From the NCBI GenBank assembly GCA_903849645.1, contig CAINJJ010000034.1, positions 164,491-228,490 of the forward strand: a stretch of 64,000 nt of DNA. The letters are read 5' to 3'. The position numbers and the translations under genes are program-made. Below the pieces are notes generated by a model. It had not been told where the DNA came from. It worked only from the letters and a program-made list of their open reading frames with translations, and ran no database searches. Within the stretch, counting starts at the first letter, position 1, and the number at the start of each line of letters is the position of its first letter. Of the stretch, positions 48,551 through 57,649 are shown piece by piece. The stretch is from an uncultured Acidobacteriaceae bacterium. Its GTDB lineage: Bacteria; Acidobacteriota; Terriglobia; Terriglobales; Acidobacteriaceae.

Positions 48551-48652
48551 GGGTGCCCCATCCTCGCGGCGTCTTTGCTTTTGCCGCCAGGGTGGGGAAG
48601 CACGAACCTCCATAGCCTGGGTGGCAAATGACGAACCCCACCCAAGGGTGGG
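48551..48652. repeat. REP-like unit
   Basis: GGGTGCCCC (48551-48559) is the reverse complement of GGGGCACCC at 59154-59162. There is a tight palindrome CCCACCC-aa-GGGTGGG at 48637-48652. Confidence 0.35.
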
Positions 48653-48716
48653 CGACTTCATTGCTCGTCCGAATCTCCTTGACCGCGCTTCCAATGCCGA
48701 TGCTATGCTTCCACGC

Positions 48717-49223
48717 ATGGCAGAATTTCCCGTCAATCCGACTCGCTTCGATCCGTACAAGAACTTCAAATTCCGCGTGAAGTGGGATGGCCAGTACATC
48801 GCCGCGATCTCGCGCGTCACCGGGCTCACCCGCACCACAGAGGTGGTGGAGCACCGCGAAGGCGGGGACCCCAGCACCAGCCGCAAATCCACCGGCCTTA
48901 CACAGTTTGAGCCCATCACCCTGGAACGCGGCCTCACCAACGACTCAGCCTTTGAAGACTGGGCCAACCAGGTCTGGAAGCTCGGCGCCGGCCTTGGTTC
49001 CGAGTCCTCTCTCAACGAGTTCCGCAAAGACATCCTCATCGAGCTCTACAACGAGGCTGGCCAGTTGGTGCGCGCCTACAAGGTCTTCCGTTGCTGGCCC
49101 TCCGAGTATCAGGCCCTGCCCGATCTCGATTCCAGCGCCAATGCCGTCGCCATCGAGCACATCAAGCTCGAAAACGAAGGCTGGGAGCGCGACACTTCGG
49201 TCGTCGAGCCCAGGCAGACCTAG
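48717..49223 (+). CDS. Phage-tail-tube-like protein, T4 gp19 / eCIS (Afp1/Pvc1-type) family
   Basis: MAEFPVNPTRFDPYKNFKFRVKWDGQYIAAISRVTGLTRTTEVVEHREGGDPSTSRK...ITLERG...FRKDILIELYNEAG...CWPSEYQALPDLDSSANAVAIEHIKLENEGWERD follows the conserved-phage-tail-region pattern (FRF.V..DG.....FSEVSGL..E.EV.EYREGG.N....KLPG......LTLKRG). ATG 48717 is preferred. The upstream part of the track ORF runs through repeats. Confidence 0.88.
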   Translation: MAEFPVNPTRFDPYKNFKFRVKWDGQYIAAISRVTGLTRTTEVVEHREGGDPSTSRKSTGLTQFEPITLERGLTNDSAFEDWANQVWKLGAGLGSESSLNEFRKDILIELYNEAGQLVRAYKVFRCWPSEYQALPDLDSSANAVAIEHIKLENEGWERDTSVVEPRQT

Positions 49224-49485
49224 CGTAGTCCGCCATCAATCGAGTCGTTCATCTATCGAAGGTCAACTCACACAATGAGGGGACCTCGATATGCGTGTGG
49301 CGGCGGCGATTGCATCATCCGATGAAACACGGCTTCGGCTGGAATGGCGGGCGCGGGCGCGCGGCGCAGTGGCGCGTTGGCCTGCCCGATCTTTTGAACC
49401 AGATTGATTGTTGGTGCAGCGCAGAGAAGCTCCGGGCAGGGGAGTCGTGGGGAGCCGTGGTCCATCAAAGGCGAGGCTGGTCCCT

Positions 49486-50790
49486 TCAGGAACGAAATAC
49501 CAGAGTTCCGGGATGATGATTCATCCAGTCAAACCAATAGTCCTTGAATGAATCAACAGGCTCAAGGCAGCGGCCGGCCAGTGCGCCATCGATGGCGCAA
49601 CCCTGAAAGTTCCATTTGCTTCCGGTCTCTGCATCCCGCATGATGGCGCCGGAACCTGTCAGGGAGGAATCCGCCGTGGAGACAAAGACCATGGAATCCG
49701 CGCCATTGACGGCCTTGAATGCGCGTATGGATGCGTGATCCGGCCCGACAACAACCAGCAGCGGAATGTTTGCGATACGATCCTGGATGAGCTTTGCCGC
49801 CAGGATGGACCTCACCGGGAATGCCTTGCTCTCTCCCGCTGCCGTGACACCCAGCATCAACTCGTGGGGCGCTATACCAGACTTGCTCGTGTCCACCACG
49901 GTGCGCGTCTGCTCCACGTGCTTCTCCCAGTCCTTGGCGTCGTACTCGCCGGCGTACTGCGCATGCGGTTCGAGCACCAGGCCTGTGGGATACTCGTTGC
50001 GCCATAAGGAGAAAGTAAGCTCGTCGCAACGCACAAGCTGCAACTGCCGGCCCCGAAACGGCCCAAAGATCGCGGTTCCGGTGCTCTGCTGCCAGATGCT
50101 GCTCGTCTCCTCATCCCGCATCAATGCATTTCCATTGTTGATACCGGCCAGCCGGAAGTGCAGAGCGCGGCCGTCGATGACTCTGCTCCACACCAGCCCG
50201 GTATGGCAGAGCGTGCAGTATGTGACCGCGATAGGCGTGTTGCCAACCGTGTCGTTCACAATATGGTGGTATCCCATGGTTCGCACCGGATACGCACGCG
50301 ATTCGCCGTGAAGCGTGACGCTCAGCACCTTGTCGTCCGAGTCCACCTTAGCCAGAGCGGCGGATTCAAACGCCGGCTCAGGATACGGATGAAACATGAT
50401 CTCGAAGACATTGACATGGGTGAGAATGGCGCCAACAACTGCCAGCAGAGAGAGCGTTGCGAGCGCGCACCGCAGCCAAAGTCGCATTCGATCTTGCCAT
50501 GCCCGCGCGAGTGATGCCAGGGTCGCAATTGCGCACACCGCGGAGACCCAGGGAGCAAGCCCGCGAACTGTGAGCGCCACGTCGAGTTGCCACGGATCCT
50601 GCGGGCGAAAGGGCCGAATCACATACATTGGAATCGCGAGGCACAGCAAGGACACGAGAACTCCCGGCAGCCCAATCCATACCGCAAGGCGAGTCTTGGC
50701 GCCCTTGGCAACATGCGCCTGCTTCGGTGTGTCGCCGGAAGCATAAGGCTTCCCGTTCCGGGTCTGGTCTGGGCTTGTCGTGGGCGTCAA
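49486..50790 (-). CDS. DUF3179-domain membrane protein
   Basis: About 120-aa N-terminal region with 3-4 TM helices. The following domain contains RAYPVRTMGYHHIVNDTVGNTPIAVTYCTLCHTGLVW and ALMRDEETSSIWQQSTG, which I recognise as DUF3179-like. Confidence 0.75.
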   Translation of the reverse strand: MTPTTSPDQTRNGKPYASGDTPKQAHVAKGAKTRLAVWIGLPGVLVSLLCLAIPMYVIRPFRPQDPWQLDVALTVRGLAPWVSAVCAIATLASLARAWQDRMRLWLRCALATLSLLAVVGAILTHVNVFEIMFHPYPEPAFESAALAKVDSDDKVLSVTLHGESRAYPVRTMGYHHIVNDTVGNTPIAVTYCTLCHTGLVWSRVIDGRALHFRLAGINNGNALMRDEETSSIWQQSTGTAIFGPFRGRQLQLVRCDELTFSLWRNEYPTGLVLEPHAQYAGEYDAKDWEKHVEQTRTVVDTSKSGIAPHELMLGVTAAGESKAFPVRSILAAKLIQDRIANIPLLVVVGPDHASIRAFKAVNGADSMVFVSTADSSLTGSGAIMRDAETGSKWNFQGCAIDGALAGRCLEPVDSFKDYWFDWMNHHPGTLVFRS

Positions 50791-50834
50791 GGATTCACCA
50801 ACCTGTTCGCGGAGTCCGCTGCATTGATTATTCG

Positions 50835-52133
50835 TTATTGAGCAGCCTCGGCTGCTTGAGGTTCAGGAAGCATCTCCATCCACGGATTTCTGGCGGCTTG
50901 CATCTGGTAACGGGGCAGAGCAAACATGAGGAGGCAGGGTATCAGTGCGGGGAGGGCCAGTAGCTGAATGGTCATGGGTCGATAAGTGCCCATCGTATCA
51001 AAGACACGGCCTACCAAGACTGGGCCGGTCGCGGCTCCAATGGCATAGGCGGTCCATGTGAGAGCGTAGAGGGTGGAGAAGCGCTTGAGGCCGAAATAGC
51101 GTCCCAGCAGATAGGGCGTGATGTCGCCCTCGCTGCCCATGCTGAATCCGATGAAAGCGGCAGCGACCAGGCCGGCGGTCAGGCTATTGGCAACCGAAAG
51201 CAATCCAATGCCGAGAACCGTGATCAGCAGCATGATCTGCGAAACGCGTGGGCCAAAGAAGCGGTCTAGAAAAAGTCCCGTAAGAAGGCGTCCAATCAAT
51301 CCTGTGGATCCAATGATGGAAACTGACCAGGCCGCTCCGGAAGCTGACACTCCGCGGTCGGTCAGCAGCGCTGAGAGATGCGCTATGGTTCCATTCACGC
51401 TCACAGCATAGAGACAGACAGTGGCTGCGAGAATCCAGAAGGCTGGCGTCGCAAGCGCCCCGGCAACGGATTCGCCACGCTCAGTGGAGACATCCCGGTC
51501 CTGCTGAGCGACAGGCCGTTCTCGCACGAAAACCGCGGTGAGAGGAAAGCCGACAGTGAAAGCGAGCAAACCGAGAGTGAGGTAGGCGATGCGCCAGCCC
51601 AGGTGTGTGATGACAGACTGAACAAGGACGGGAAGCAGCATGGCTCCCAGGCCAGTGCCGGCAAGCATGATTGAAAGCGCGAAGCCGCGGCGCCGGTTAA
51701 ACCAGGTGGAAATGGCGCGTGAATAGCCGATATAGGCGGTCCCGTTGCCCACCAGGCCGATAACAAAGAACGTGAAATAGAAGTGGAGCAGATGGGGTGT
51801 GAGCAATGCGAGCGAAGCATAGGCAAGCGAGAACAGCACAATGCAAGGCAGCACAATTCGGCGCGGCTTATAGCGGTCTAGCAGGAAGCCAAGCCCGGGC
51901 GAGGCCGCAGCCAAAGTGAGCGCGGCAATGCTGAAGCCAGCGGAGGTGGCCTCGCGATGCCAGCCAAAACTCTCTGCGAGTGGCTTGATGAACAGGCCGA
52001 AGGTGTAAGGGACAATCGCCGCAAAGCTGACCATGATCCCAAAGAAGCTGGCGAAGACGATCTTCCAGCCGGGGTAGGACAGCTTGCCCTCGTCCATCAT
52101 GACTTCGACTGACGGCGGCGATAGCTCAGGCAT
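50835..52133 (-). CDS. MFS transporter (oxalate/formate-antiporter-like subfamily)
   Basis: 12 predicted TM segments. MFS loop motif LLDRYKPRRIV. The start is ambiguous: TTG 52193 in the track, ATG 52133, or ATG 52100. Confidence 0.85.
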   Translation of the reverse strand: MPELSPPSVEVMMDEGKLSYPGWKIVFASFFGIMVSFAAIVPYTFGLFIKPLAESFGWHREATSAGFSIAALTLAAASPGLGFLLDRYKPRRIVLPCIVLFSLAYASLALLTPHLLHFYFTFFVIGLVGNGTAYIGYSRAISTWFNRRRGFALSIMLAGTGLGAMLLPVLVQSVITHLGWRIAYLTLGLLAFTVGFPLTAVFVRERPVAQQDRDVSTERGESVAGALATPAFWILAATVCLYAVSVNGTIAHLSALLTDRGVSASGAAWSVSIIGSTGLIGRLLTGLFLDRFFGPRVSQIMLLITVLGIGLLSVANSLTAGLVAAAFIGFSMGSEGDITPYLLGRYFGLKRFSTLYALTWTAYAIGAATGPVLVGRVFDTMGTYRPMTIQLLALPALIPCLLMFALPRYQMQAARNPWMEMLPEPQAAEAAQ

Positions 52134-52222
52134 AAGCGCGTTTGACCTCGGATAACTATCTTTGCGTGGTGGAGTGGATGCGCCTATACGCAATGTGCGG
52201 TGTCATTGCTTCAACCGCGCAT

Positions 52223-52816
52223 TTATCTCTGCATTGTGGCAATTGCAGCCTCGGTCACACCGGTATAGCCGTGCTCGACAATTTGAGCAGCACGCCCGCG
52301 GTAGATGGCGGGATCCTGCGGCGCCCATGTGTCCAGCCCATCGACATAGCGGTTGCACATGCAAAACACCGCGGCAATGAGAACGGCGTCGTGGATTTCG
52401 AGATCGGTTGCACCCTGATTGCGGGCAGAGGCGATATCCTCCGCGGTCACATGCCTGCCGCCAAGCTGCACTTTTCCTGCAATGTTCAGAAGCGCCTTCA
52501 GCTTGGGAGATATCTCCGCACTCTGCCAGTCCGTTTTGACCTTTTGAACCAGAGACTCATCGTGCCCAAGCTGCGCGGCGGCCACGGCGCCATGAATTGT
52601 CTGGCAGAAATAGCAATCGTTGCGCCAGGAGACATGTGTGGCGATCAGTTCGCGCTCACCCCGCGATAGCGTGCTTTCTCCCCGCAGCAGCACATTGACC
52701 AACTCATTGAGCGGTGCGGCGGTTTCAGGGCGAAAGGTCATGGGACCGAGGATTCCGGGAAACTCTCTGCCGAGTTCCTCCGCAATGGGAAGTCGAATAT
52801 GAGCCATCGATGACAC
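52223..52816 (-). CDS. Carboxymuconolactone-decarboxylase-family / AhpD-like peroxidase-related protein
   Basis: Contains LSRGERELIATHVSWRNDCYFCQTIHG (CxxC in an AhpD-like fold) and DAVLIAAVFCMCNRYVDGL. Confidence 0.85.
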   Translation of the reverse strand: MSSMAHIRLPIAEELGREFPGILGPMTFRPETAAPLNELVNVLLRGESTLSRGERELIATHVSWRNDCYFCQTIHGAVAAAQLGHDESLVQKVKTDWQSAEISPKLKALLNIAGKVQLGGRHVTAEDIASARNQGATDLEIHDAVLIAAVFCMCNRYVDGLDTWAPQDPAIYRGRAAQIVEHGYTGVTEAAIATMQR

Positions 52817-52971
52817 TCCGTTCGAGGAAAGTGGCCGCTGCGATGTGTTTGAAGCAGGCGATTGGCGGAAAGGAACTCGCCCATCCTATACGGAGTTGGC
52901 CGTGGTCCGCTTCCATCAAAGGATGGAGAGCGATTCTTGCCGCGCAGTTTCAGGACCTGCGGCGCTGTCCG

Positions 52972-54015
52972 TTAAGGTTCGGCTGGTTCCTGATCCAGGC
53001 CAAGGCGCCGGGCCATCGTTGACAACAGCTTGGGCCTCACGTTGGGCCGCGTCCATGGGCACTCGGCGATGCAGATGCCGCACGATGCGGATTCGGCAAA
53101 GAATGGAATGCATTTGTCGAAGTCAACATACCAGCGCTCAACGCCACGCACTCTCTGTTTCTGCTCATTGATTGCGCCGGGCGGACAGGCGTTGGTACAT
53201 ACCTGGCAGGTAGAGCAGAACTCATCGGCGCCGAATCGGTCCGGCCTTGTGGCCACAAGCGGCATATCCGTGGTTACTCCGGCCAGACGCAATCCAGCTC
53301 CATATTGTCTGTTGATCAATGAGCCATGTTTTCCCAACTCTCCCAATCCCGAAGCAATGGCCGGTGGAATCAAGAGCAACGCGCTTGCAGACGGTCCTGG
53401 ATAAGCCTGTGCGTTGTAACCCTGGGATCGTATCCAATTGGCAAGCGCGTAGGAGACCCGCGTCCCGCGAGCATACTGCGCGCCAATTTCGCAAACGCCG
53501 ATGCCGTTGGTTTCATCCGATGGCACCTCTTTCAATCGTTCATAGTCGGGAGCGAGAGCAAGCACAATCACCCACGGCTCCTGAATCGTGTATCCGTCGA
53601 AGACATAGAGCGGGTCCATCGGCGCAATGCCAACACCGCCGGCCTCATGTGCGAGCGCGAAGTCGGTTGCTTCCACAGCCAACTGCTCGGGCCGGGCGAT
53701 CCGTCGGTCTGCTGCAACCGGAATCAGCTCGGGATGCGTGTATGCCGAGGCGAAGACCTCCGCCGAACCTGGGCACTTCCTTGAGCTGGTGCGCGCCACC
53801 ACTTGCAACTCGCCATAGGGGTGCTGATCCGGCGGATGCCAGAAGAAGGGCGACGATCTGCGGCGTTCAGTCTCTCCAAGACCGTTGATCGCATTCCCCG
53901 AAACTTTGAGCAGAGCCAGCGTCTCCGGCCTGGGCTTGTAGCTGCCGCGCGCGGGACGCCTGGGATTTCCCGCGGGCCTGGCTTCCTCCCGCGGCTCCGG
54001 TTTCTCATTTAACAT
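52972..54015 (-). CDS. 2x[4Fe-4S] dicluster protein, reductive-dehalogenase/QueG-like architecture
   Basis: C-terminal CSTCQVCTNACP and CGICIAECP ferredoxin motifs follow a domain of about 250 aa. It starts 10 nt after the stop of the TonB-type OMP gene. The superfamily assignment is tentative. Confidence 0.65.
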   Translation of the reverse strand: MLNEKPEPREEARPAGNPRRPARGSYKPRPETLALLKVSGNAINGLGETERRRSSPFFWHPPDQHPYGELQVVARTSSRKCPGSAEVFASAYTHPELIPVAADRRIARPEQLAVEATDFALAHEAGGVGIAPMDPLYVFDGYTIQEPWVIVLALAPDYERLKEVPSDETNGIGVCEIGAQYARGTRVSYALANWIRSQGYNAQAYPGPSASALLLIPPAIASGLGELGKHGSLINRQYGAGLRLAGVTTDMPLVATRPDRFGADEFCSTCQVCTNACPPGAINEQKQRVRGVERWYVDFDKCIPFFAESASCGICIAECPWTRPNVRPKLLSTMARRLGLDQEPAEP

Positions 54016-54025
54016 CGCTGCTCTC

Positions 54026-57000
54026 CTAGAAACTCAGCTTTGCGGAAAACTGAAACTGCCGCGCGGCTCCAGCATACGTGGGAGTGCCGAAGTTCGGATT
54101 GTTGGGGCTGGAAACACCGTCTTCAAACGCCTTGGGGATTGGGCCCGCGAACTCTCCTGCCCCATATACCTGATCCACATCCTGGACGTTCACACGGTTC
54201 AACAGGTTCAGCGCTTCAGCACTCAACTTCAACTGGAACCGCTCATTGAAGTTCAATCGCTTTTGAAGTCGAAGATCTGTGTCGTAGTACGATGCGCCAC
54301 GATAGGAATTGCGGCCAATGCTGCCGACGCGATCGTTGAACGGGAAGCCGTCGCCGTTGATGTCGGATCCAGCAAGGATGCTGTAGTATTGCGGGCTCTG
54401 CAAGGTGTTGAGCAGGGAAAACGACACATTGCGCAGAGGTGCGACCCAGGCTTTTGGGGACTCTCCCATCAAGGTCAGCACCAGCCGGTGCCGCACATCG
54501 TTATCGCCAACTGCGCGATCCAGTTGCGGCGCCAGGTAGTCCTGCGGTTCGTCCTGCAACTGGTTTTCCGTGGCGATGTCGATGGATTTTCCATAGACGT
54601 AATTGGCCAGCACACTGAAGTTCTGTCCAAACTCTTTCCGCAGTCCCACGCTGCCGGCATTGTAGATAGACCAGCCAGAAGCTTCAGCGATCAGCGCAAA
54701 GCCGAATTTGGGATCAGCCGGCGCGAACTTCTGTCGGCCGTCGGAAAGAAAGCCGTTGGGAACTGCGTTGATGCTTGCAGAGCTCTCCAGGTGAATTGCA
54801 TGGAGATAGTGGTATCCGACCGTCAGAAACCATTTGCTCCCCAGCTCGTTTTCGATCTCGAGACTGGCATGCTCTGAGTAGTTCGAAGGATAGTTCCGCT
54901 TTACAAATCCCAATGGAAACTGTTTCAGGATTGAGGGGCTTGGGTAAATGCCATTGTGCGTGAAGTTAGAGAAAGCTGCGCCCGCAACCACCGGCCCTGC
55001 AGTCCCCACCATGCCCGCCGGGCCAAATCCAGTCAGCGTGTTTTCCGGATCGGCAAATTCGGGCAGAAGCGGTTGATTCATGTGCGTGAAAGGGGAAGCG
55101 CCGTGCCAGCCATTGATCAGGCTGCTATATTCCAGCGAGCCCGTATAGAGGCCAAAGTTGGCGCGCACAACACCCTTGCCGTTGCGATACCCATACGCAA
55201 CGCCAACCCTCGGCTGAACATTGCCGAGATTTGTGGGATTCATCCTGCCCAGGATACGAAGGTCGTTCGCCGAGGGAAGGATATCGAGGTCGTAGCGTAC
55301 GCCAAAAGACAGGGACAGATTCTTGAGCGGCCTCCATTGATCTTGCACATAGATGTCGGCCAGTCTGTGCCAGAAGGCCACGCTATCAGCGGCCCGGCGC
55401 GCCGGCCCGTCCGGTCCGTCGTAGAAGCCGTTCTCCCAGGGCAAGTTACGCTGTGGGACCTGGTTTCCAAAATCGGCGCGGGTCTGCTGGAAGAGGAACT
55501 CGACAGCGGTTCCGGGGCCAAAGTGGCTGAAAGGCCCAGCGCCAAAGAAGCTTTGCGGGCTGAAAATCCCAACGCCCGGCGTGAAGTACGGCGTTTGAGC
55601 TGAGAACCAGATGGGCTCAAACTCCGCTCCAACCGTGATGGAGTTGGAGTCGTGGGTATAGGTCAGCGCCTCTCTGGATTGAAAGTGGTGCTCGCTGTAG
55701 TAATCGACTCCGCCAAGAAATCCACCGCTGTAGAGCGTATCGGCGACATTGATCGCCGGCTCAAAACCTGCGCCTACGGGGTCCATGTAAAAGATGCGCC
55801 GGCCAAAGGCGATCGAGGATTCAGAGGCCAGGCGACTATTGAAGAGATGGAACAGGTTGCCGTATGCGGTCTGGTCGTGAATGCGATTGTTGCGATAACT
55901 GGAAGGCAAGCCTTGCCCCGGAGATGTAGCGGCAGTTTTCCCGTTCCGCACCTCGGTGATTAGATAGCCGGCGGACAATGTGCTTTTATCGCTGACAACA
56001 CTGGTGATCTTTCCAAAGGTATTGTCATAGTCCCCGGTTTGGAGGATCGAGCCCAGCTTTTCGGCTGAAAGCCCCAGGCCCGCCTTCACCTGATTGATGC
56101 TGGGAGTGCCCGGCCCAAGGCAGCCCTCGGCGTCAATGCAACTCAGAATAAAGTGCGAGTAGATGGGCGACTGGCCACGGCGCTGCCCTTCGAAGCCGGC
56201 AAAGTAGAACACTTTATCTTTGCGGATTGGACCGCCCAGAGTCGCCCCATACTGATTGAATCGCAGCGTGTTGAAGCCGGGCGCGGCGAGAAGATTGTTC
56301 GCATTGAGCTTGTTGTTGCGGACATATTCATAGGCGGAACCATGCAGCTCGTTGGTTCCAGATTTTGTGATTGTGTTCACGGCCGCGCCAAGATTCAACC
56401 CACCGCCTGCCGCGTCGGGACCATCGACGACGCGGAACTCCTGCACCCAATCGAGAGATGGACTGACTCTCTGGACTCCCGAGACTGTGGTCGTGTAGTT
56501 GACGCCGTCCAATCCGTAGAAGACGCTGTGTGTCTCGCGCAGCCCGCCAAAGCTGATCTCGAGTTCGGTTTCCTGAAACGCCGACTGGGCGCCTGAACTC
56601 GAATTTCTTCCAACGGTCGCCGTTGGAGTCAACAGAACAAAGTCGATGAAGTCCCGGTCTGAGATTGGCAGGTTCGATATTTGTTCCGGAGCGATTACCT
56701 GGCTCTCTCCTGTCTGCTCCTTGTCTACACCGTTCGCGGAATCGCTGACTTCAACTTGCTCCGTCGCGGCGCGCACCCGGAGTGTGATCTTCAGGGAGGC
56801 AACCTGGCCAAGTGTCAAAGTGATTGGAGCTTCGTACGCGGCAAACCCCTCCGCCTTGGCGGTCAATTTGTATTCGCCGGCAGGAAGGCCTGGAATCACG
56901 GTGAGCCCAAGCTTGTCAGAAATTGCGGTCCGAATCGCTCCCGTATCCACGCTGCGAGCCGAAACATTTGCGTGGGGAATGACGCTGCCCGAGGGGTCGG

Positions 57001-57172
57001 CAGTGGTCAGATTCAGCGTTGCATATTGTTGGGCCAACAGTATCGAGGACCCCGCGATCGCCATGAGAAAGAGCAAAGCGAAACGAGGCGCGGAGCGCAG
57101 AAAGGAGCGAGCACCTGGTTGCATAACAAGGCGCAAGTCCCCGAAGGAGCAAAGAGAAAACGGTCTATTCAC
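54026..57172 (-). CDS. TonB-dependent-receptor-like outer-membrane protein with CarboxypepD_reg domain
   Basis: GTG 57172 has GAGGAA 6 nt upstream. Signal peptide present. N-terminal LTTADPSGSVIPHANVSARSVDTGAIRTAISDKLGLTVIPGLPAGEYKL. Barrel body that ends in ...SAKLSF. Confidence 0.85.
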   Translation of the reverse strand: MNRPFSLCSFGDLRLVMQPGARSFLRSAPRFALLFLMAIAGSSILLAQQYATLNLTTADPSGSVIPHANVSARSVDTGAIRTAISDKLGLTVIPGLPAGEYKLTAKAEGFAAYEAPITLTLGQVASLKITLRVRAATEQVEVSDSANGVDKEQTGESQVIAPEQISNLPISDRDFIDFVLLTPTATVGRNSSSGAQSAFQETELEISFGGLRETHSVFYGLDGVNYTTTVSGVQRVSPSLDWVQEFRVVDGPDAAGGGLNLGAAVNTITKSGTNELHGSAYEYVRNNKLNANNLLAAPGFNTLRFNQYGATLGGPIRKDKVFYFAGFEGQRRGQSPIYSHFILSCIDAEGCLGPGTPSINQVKAGLGLSAEKLGSILQTGDYDNTFGKITSVVSDKSTLSAGYLITEVRNGKTAATSPGQGLPSSYRNNRIHDQTAYGNLFHLFNSRLASESSIAFGRRIFYMDPVGAGFEPAINVADTLYSGGFLGGVDYYSEHHFQSREALTYTHDSNSITVGAEFEPIWFSAQTPYFTPGVGIFSPQSFFGAGPFSHFGPGTAVEFLFQQTRADFGNQVPQRNLPWENGFYDGPDGPARRAADSVAFWHRLADIYVQDQWRPLKNLSLSFGVRYDLDILPSANDLRILGRMNPTNLGNVQPRVGVAYGYRNGKGVVRANFGLYTGSLEYSSLINGWHGASPFTHMNQPLLPEFADPENTLTGFGPAGMVGTAGPVVAGAAFSNFTHNGIYPSPSILKQFPLGFVKRNYPSNYSEHASLEIENELGSKWFLTVGYHYLHAIHLESSASINAVPNGFLSDGRQKFAPADPKFGFALIAEASGWSIYNAGSVGLRKEFGQNFSVLANYVYGKSIDIATENQLQDEPQDYLAPQLDRAVGDNDVRHRLVLTLMGESPKAWVAPLRNVSFSLLNTLQSPQYYSILAGSDINGDGFPFNDRVGSIGRNSYRGASYYDTDLRLQKRLNFNERFQLKLSAEALNLLNRVNVQDVDQVYGAGEFAGPIPKAFEDGVSSPNNPNFGTPTYAGAARQFQFSAKLSF

Positions 57173-57649
57173 TTGGGGTTCCTCAATCGAATCGGATTTG
57201 GGAAGTGCAAATCGGGAGGCCGCAATTCAGAGTCGATTATTGGAAACAATCAGCAGGACTCGCAACGCCCACAAGGATGAGTCGCTTGTCATCCCCAAGG
57301 TGGAGAAGCCGCGCTGCTCAACCCCTGGGTCACATCTATGTATAAATTCGTCTTCCGTCTTGGGTTGCTCGACGGCCGCGAAGGGCTGCTGCCGGGCGTT
57401 GAGCACCCGGCAGCTCTCCGCTCAAGGTCTTTCACGGCGGGGCGGATTGGGGCGGCGCCAGGAGCTGCCCAATTCGGCCTGACTCGGATGGCCGGTAACT
57501 TTCTTGTTTGCTGGAGTTTCTCGCTCTACAGGATGCAACGGTCCGGACTTTTCCAGTGGCCAGGGGAAGTGGAAGTAACGCCGGAACTGATCCCCCATCA
57601 ACGCGAGGGCTCTACGATCCGGCCGGCGTGTGACACGTGGGCGAAGGAA

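Noticed and set aside
48062-49039. 325-aa minus-strand ORF and the 169-codon upstream extension of the tail-tube ORF (48210..48716)
   Set aside because: Both run through REP-like repeats and the OmpA remnant and lack motifs. The tail-tube family normally starts MA.F..N at the position of ATG 48717.
49224-49485. Small ORFs after the tail-tube gene (for example the 38-aa MRVAAAIASSDETRLRLEWRARARG... and the 73-aa ORF 49295..49516)
   Set aside because: They have no Shine-Dalgarno sequence. Their composition is R/W/G-rich and typical of non-coding GC-rich DNA. They do not resemble eCIS components that I can recognise.
57173-57649. Possible riboswitch (for example cobalamin or TPP) in the long leaders of the two TonB-type receptor genes (also 20378-20925)
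   Set aside because: I could not find a B12-box-like or other riboswitch core motif by eye. This needs covariance-model scanning, so I report the leaders only as structured, not as riboswitches.
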